Source: Octopus vulgaris
Lineage: Eukaryota
Direction of reading: 5' to 3'
Length of the DNA: 64,000 nt
NCBI GenBank assembly: GCA_951406725.2
Contig: OX597815.1
Coordinates: 198,276,001-198,340,000 of the forward strand
The notes under the pieces are model-generated. The model was not told where the DNA came from. It searched no databases and saw nothing but the letters and a program-made list of their open reading frames with translations. Of this stretch, positions 58,239 to 64,000 are shown piece by piece. Both the position numbers and the translations under genes were made by a program. Each line of letters begins with the position of its first letter. The first letter of the stretch is position 1.

Positions 58239-58676
58239 TATATTCCATAGGAATATTTTTTAACGGCATGTTTGTAACAACGCTTCAGGGAGATATCAAA
58301 ACATATGAGATTTATTAAAATATTTAGATGTTTTTGGCATAAAGCGCCGCTAATACATCATTAATATTAAACGTAGACATGGTCATTTCTTTCACAAGAT
58401 CTATTCACAACCGTGTAATTTCATATTCATTTTAGCCAGGCGTCGTTTACTAAATCCATTGCCAACCACTACGCTTTGAGAAAATTTCTTAGGCGGAAAT
58501 TACGCAATATCCTGTCAAATACATGCATACATACATATACATACGTACATACATATTTAAATATATATATGTTTATATGTATATGGATATATATGTATAT
58601 CTACATTTTTATATACGTATATATTAATATATATATATATACTCACACATGCATACGCACACACAGGCACACATAG

Positions 58677-58720
<44 letters not shown>

Positions 58721-58840
58721 TTCAGTAAAACAATTAAGATTCAAGTGAGTTCCAATGAATTCACATGAATGCGGTACTTAACTTAGATGCACCAGAAATC
58801 TTTATGGTATTAACCATAAAATAATGTGGGGTGATTATAA
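58721..58840. repeat. Short (TA)n-flanked repeat with an inverted homologue at about 63487-63585
   Basis: TTCAGTAA..CAATT.AGATTCAA..GGTACTTAA.TTAG.TGCACCAGAA..GGGGTGATTATAA is shared with the reverse complement of 63487-63585. Confidence 0.7.
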
Positions 58841-58902
58841 ACAAGAAAAAAGCAACAATTGTACTGAACAACTAATCCATTCTTGTTGCTTTTTTCTTGT
58901 GC

Positions 58903-58960
<58 letters not shown>

Positions 58961-59047
58961 AGGAAAATTTTTTAAAAAATGCAGAATGCTCAAATGAAAG
59001 AAAATTTTAATAAAATGAGAAATTGATAAAATATATAAATATATATT

Positions 59048-59088
59048 TATTCAACCGGTTTTCGTCATTGTATGACTTGTCAAGAATA
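59048..59088 (-). ncRNA. Minimal hammerhead-like motif, U3-A8 core variant
   Basis: UAUUC / UUGACAA / GUCAU-ACA-AUGAC / GAAA(A) / CCGG-U-U / GAAUA, inside a (TA)n-bounded island at 58938-59327. Confidence 0.55.
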
Positions 59089-59345
59089 TTTATGTTTTAA
59101 AAAGTTTTTTTAAAAATTAGAAAGGGGAAAAAAAGAAAATTGCATTGTTTTTTGTAAAAGAATAATGATAAAAATGTACAAAAATTAAAAAATAAGTTCT
59201 CCGATACATTGTGAGTTCGTTGTGTATCTTGAGTTTTATGGTTGTTCACGAAAAAATTACCTTGAGGTGTTAAGATCCAAAGGGATTAAGAGCATGTGTT
59301 GTGTTGTTTAATTCAGCATGTTTGCAGATATATATATATATATAA

Positions 59346-60350
59346 AACGAAATTGTGGCGCAAAGTAGTGTTTAGATATAATCAGAATTTCAACAGCTAA
59401 TGGCAAAAAAAGTTACCGCAGAGAAAGCCTCTCTCTTGTGGTAAAAAGGTATTATAACACCCAGTTCGTTCAGTGACGCCATCTCCCAGATATCTCAGCC
59501 CTCCATGATTCGAGTCTATTGACATTTGTCGATGAGATATAGATAAGAGAGGCAACTCTGAAATAACTAAATATAACTTGCAGCATTATATATAATTCAG
59601 TCAACACGTTCTCTTATTTGCGTTAGTAGATCGCCCAATCGAGATTAATAACGAAGTAATGGCGCAAAGCAGTGTTTACATATAATCACATTTTAGGTTA
59701 GGTTGTCTCTCTAATGGAAAAAGTTGTGAAAACACCCAGTTCATTCAGTGTCGCCCGCTCTCGGGAATCTCAGACATCGATGTTTCGAGTTTATTGACTC
59801 CTGGCGAGGTGTCATAAGAAAGATTTTTTTTTTCCACGACAATTGCAATGTATTTGCATTTAGTAGTTGGAATATGTGACAAAATGTCGACACTGAACGA
59901 ACTGGGTATTTTCACATCTTTTTAACTTAAGAGAGACTATTTCTCCGCGCTAACATGTTTTTGTCTTGAGCAGTTGAAATATGTGACAAGCATATTTCAA
60001 CTAACCTAAATTGTGCTTATACGTAAACACTGCTTTGCGTCATTAATTCGTTATTTTTTCGATCGAGCAATCTACTAGCGCGAATCAGTTGACTGAATTC
60101 TGTATAAAATTACAAGCTTTATTTAGTTATTTCAGTGTTGCCTCTCTTCAGTACATCTCATCAATAACAGTCAATAAACTCGAAACATCTATGTCAGATT
60201 CCCTAAGAAACGGTGACACTGAATAAACTGGGTGTTTTCTCGACTTTTTATAACCATAAGTAATATCTTTTTTCCACGGTAAGTGAAGTGTATTTGCTTT
60301 TAGCAGCTGAAATACGTGAGAAACATATTTCAACTCACCTAATCTGTGAA
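59346..60350. mobile_element. Foldback-like element: diverged tandem ~300-330-bp units arranged as a long inverted repeat
   Basis: AACGAA..TGGCGCAAAG.AGTGTTTA occurs at 59346 and 59650; ACACCCAGTTC.TTCAGTG occurs twice on + and twice on - (59890, 60217). Confidence 0.7.
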
Positions 60351-60371
60351 TATATATACATATATATATAT

Positions 60372-60466
<95 letters not shown>

Positions 60467-60571
60467 TATATTACGTATATTTTTGCGCATACACATATAT
60501 ATGACGCGACCTTTCATGTACATGTTGCTAAACTGGAAATAAAATGTAGACGGCTGGCTGGCTGGCTGGAT

Positions 60572-61265
60572 TCTCAGAACCTTTAGAACAAGAGAACAAG
60601 AAACCATGATAGTCCTCTGGAGGACACTTGTCCTAAGCCACTTTGACTATTGCTCTCAGTTATGGTCACCATCCAGTGTCAAGTTGATCACAGAGCTCGA
60701 GGCGATCCAGCGTAGCTACACGAAGAAGATATCCTCTATGCAGAATGTAAGCTACTGGGAAAGACTCAAGAGATTAAAACTATATTCCTTGGAGCGTAGG
60801 CGGGAAAGATATGCCATAATATACATCTGGAAGATCCTGGAGGGACGTGTCCCAAACTTTGGCATCGAGAGTTACACAAATGCCAGAACTGGGCGCCACT
60901 GTGTGGTGTCTAGGACTCCAAATTTGCCATCAAGATGTAGGACAAGATACTGTGATAGCCTGGGCTTCCCTGGCCCACAGCTCTTCAATATCCTCCCGAA
61001 GAACCTGAGAGACCTGCATGGGGTGGATGCAGATGTCTTTAAAATGGAACTGGATCTCTTCCTGTCAGGTATCCCAGATGAACCAACTTCACGGCAGGAG
61101 GTGCAGATGAGGGCAGCTGCATCGAACTCTCTCATGCACCAAATGGCAGTTGCTAAAAAGCTTTCGTGAAGTAAAACCAAGTAGCAACACCAAATGGCGG
61201 TGCCCCAGCATGGCCACAGCTCATGAGCTGAAACTAGAATCAATCAATCAATCAATCAATCAATC
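60572..61265 (+). mobile_element. 5'-truncated CR1-group LINE 3' end
   Basis: TLVLSHFDYCSQLWSP, LEAIQR and YWERLKRLKLYSLERRRER; (AATC)n tail at 61238-61265. Confidence 0.85.
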
Positions 61266-61317
61266 ATATAAAAACATATATACACATGTATATATATGTA
61301 TGTATATACACACATAT

Positions 61318-61347
<30 letters not shown>

Positions 61348-61349
<2 letters not shown>

Positions 61350-61572
61350 TTCTTTACTGCCCACAAGGGGCTAAACATAGAGGGGACAAACAAGGAGAGA
61401 CAAACGGATTAAGTCGATTATATCGACCCCAGTGCAAAACTGGTACTTTATTTATCGACCCCGAAAGGATGAAAGGCAAGGTCGACCTCGGCGGAATTTG
61501 AACTCAGAATGTAACGACAGACGAAATATCGCTAAGCATTTCGTCCCGCGCGCTAACGTTTCTGCCAGCCCG

Positions 61573-61575
<3 letters not shown>
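61348..61575 (-). mobile_element. SINE family B
   Basis: Reverse complement of 2226-2438 plus the 5' head. Confidence 0.88.
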
Positions 61576-61660
<85 letters not shown>

Positions 61661-63584
61661 TTTTACATGTATTTATGTTCATATATATGATATATATGTG
61701 TGTATGTGTGTGTTTGTGTGCGTGTGTGTATCAATACATCTCAATCTGTACTGACTGCTCCATTGGCCAGTTTAATACTATGCAAATTAAAATGCTTCAT
61801 GTGTTTGAAACAAGCCTTTATTACAGAATATTCTTTTTTTTGCATCAGTTGGTGCTTCTCCCTCTTCTTACATATGGTTTTGGTTTCAATGTGTCCATCT
61901 ATACATCACAACAATATGTTCGTCATCTCCTTCATCCATGAAGTGTTTTGTATTCAACTTCTTATCTGATTTATGGAAAGACGATCGCTATGCATTTGAT
62001 GGAGAATCTCTTTCACTACTTATTTTGATTTATATTGTTATTTTCATCTATCTGTCCTACGGAAAAACGCCTATCTTTACAGTATAAGCTCTATTTTACT
62101 CCAACATGACACTTTTTAAACGTCGAGCATAACTGTTCCCATATATATCGTTATGATTTTCGGAAATATTCATTTCACTTATTTTCTGTCTTTTTTCAAG
62201 TTTCCCTAGATAAATATAAACAACTACGATGTACAAGGTTGTAAATAGGACCAAAATTGGCGTTTAGTGGAATAATTCCTTCCATAAATGAAAGCAGTTT
62301 AATGCAAAGTCAGTGATGAAGTCCCTTTTTAACAAGAAGCTTTGGCATTAATATTTCAGAAAAGAGAATGGTAACATATTGAAGCTGGACAATCTAGTAT
62401 GGAGAACTATATGATTAAATTTATTTGAAATACACAGCTAAGATAATTTCATGACCGGAACTGGTAACTGGGGATGCTTATAAGGCAGGTTAGATCCACG
62501 AAAAGCAAATCCGGTTTAATTGGTGAGCACGAAATAATTGGTAGAAACAGATTTGGACAAGATTTATCAGGAATCATGCGAGAAGTGTAAAGCACAGCAT
62601 TGGACGTGAAAGAAAGGAATGAATGTAAGTATTGATCGATATTTAGGAACAATGAAACGTCATGGAAATAGTAGGGGAAATCTAAACTTGAAAATTGCAA
62701 TGTTAGGTGGAGAGCAATGAAAACTATTGAGAATAGAGTCAGAAAATTAACGATAGTAATTTTAGTGTCACATTAAATCTGCACTATTGCTTAAGGTTGG
62801 CAAAAATTCAAGAGAAATTCCATGAGGTCCGACTTACATACTATTTCTCAAAATCCGTGTATACGTTACATAATGATCGTAAGTTTGAAACTCCGTAAGC
62901 CGAGTTGCCGTATTGGAAAGGTGCTGCACGTGTTTGTCGGAGAGAAAATTACGTAAAAACAAATTTGTAATAATGTTAGACTGATAATTTAAAAGTAATT
63001 AATTCAATAAACGGAAGCGCAGTATAATTTTATTTCTTGAATATAATATTTTAATATCATCAGCCAAATGTTATTAAAACATTTTTTGCTTCTTTACAAA
63101 GTTCTTTCCGGCAGTCTTGTTTAACCTTTTCCAAATCTATTTACATCCTGCGCATTCATATTCCATAGCATGAATATTTATCGAAATAATCCGTCGTCTA
63201 AGAGAATCATCCAACAAAATTTAAGCAATAAATTTATAGTGTATCAAAAGATCATTTCACAAAAAGACTAACGTGAACTGAAGCAATTCATTGTATGTTT
63301 CCTTAAGACGTGTTTTAGTAGAAGAAAACAGTATCCAGGGCAAAGAATAAATAATCAAATAAATAAATAAAATATCTGTATCACCAACAGTAACATTGGT
63401 GAAATGTATAACAAGGATATCACTCTGACAAAATTTCTTTCAAAGAAAGGTATATATATATATATATTCAAAAATCAAAATCAAAATTATAATCACCCCG
63501 CAAATTTTTATGGATAACACCATACAAAATTCTGGTGCACCTAAATTAAGTACCATATTCATTTGAATCTAAATTGTTACTGAA

Positions 63585-63627
<43 letters not shown>

Positions 63628-64000
63628 CTCGATCCTCACTCGGACTAAACTTTTAGGTTCATCCATTTCCGTAAGATTCGTTAGTGAGGACCACTACCAA
63701 AGCAGATATCGGGCAATCCAGTCTGTCAGTATATATGCATTTACCGGAGAAATCAATGGATGATTTAGCAGAATGCACATGCGTCTACAACAAATTAATA
63801 GAAACAACTAAGCGCAATGCGATTCCATAAAGGAAAAATTCCTTCATTACTAAATGAGACGACGAGTGCCGAGGCACCTACATTGCTGTTTGTGTTGATA
63901 TTATTTTATACACATTAGTATTCCGCTAACTCATCCACAGATTTCTATCTTAAATGCTTATATTCTGACAAAGGGAAATTTCCGGCATCTGCCGAGCGAG

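Overview
This is AT-rich, microsatellite-dense eukaryotic DNA made almost entirely of transposable elements. The SINE families and simple-repeat load suggest an octopus-like cephalopod, which is an inference. I see no supportable host protein-coding exon, and most ORF-track calls are translations of (TA)n, (AAT)n or (TAG)n repeats. The main contents are: a near-complete Penelope-like element (RT plus C-terminal GIY-YIG) with a 1.36-kb inverted duplication (2.5-6.3 kb); a complete 1286-bp mariner; Tc1 and mariner remnants; an autonomous-type Helitron remnant and a non-autonomous Helitron; five R4/Dong-type REL-endonuclease LINE 3' ends, all next to (TAA)n-type arrays; L1/Tx1 and CR1 remnants; several tRNA-derived SINE families; a 9-bp/22-bp higher-order satellite; and a foldback element. 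The most notable signal is a set of six sequence-distinct type I hammerhead-ribozyme-like motifs, five of them in islands bounded by (TA)n. Several have non-canonical but covarying cores (G3-C8, U3-A8) or U4C, palindromic stem III, and head-to-head inverted arrangements. Together they suggest a microsatellite-targeted Penelope/retrozyme-like system. All folds were done by eye.
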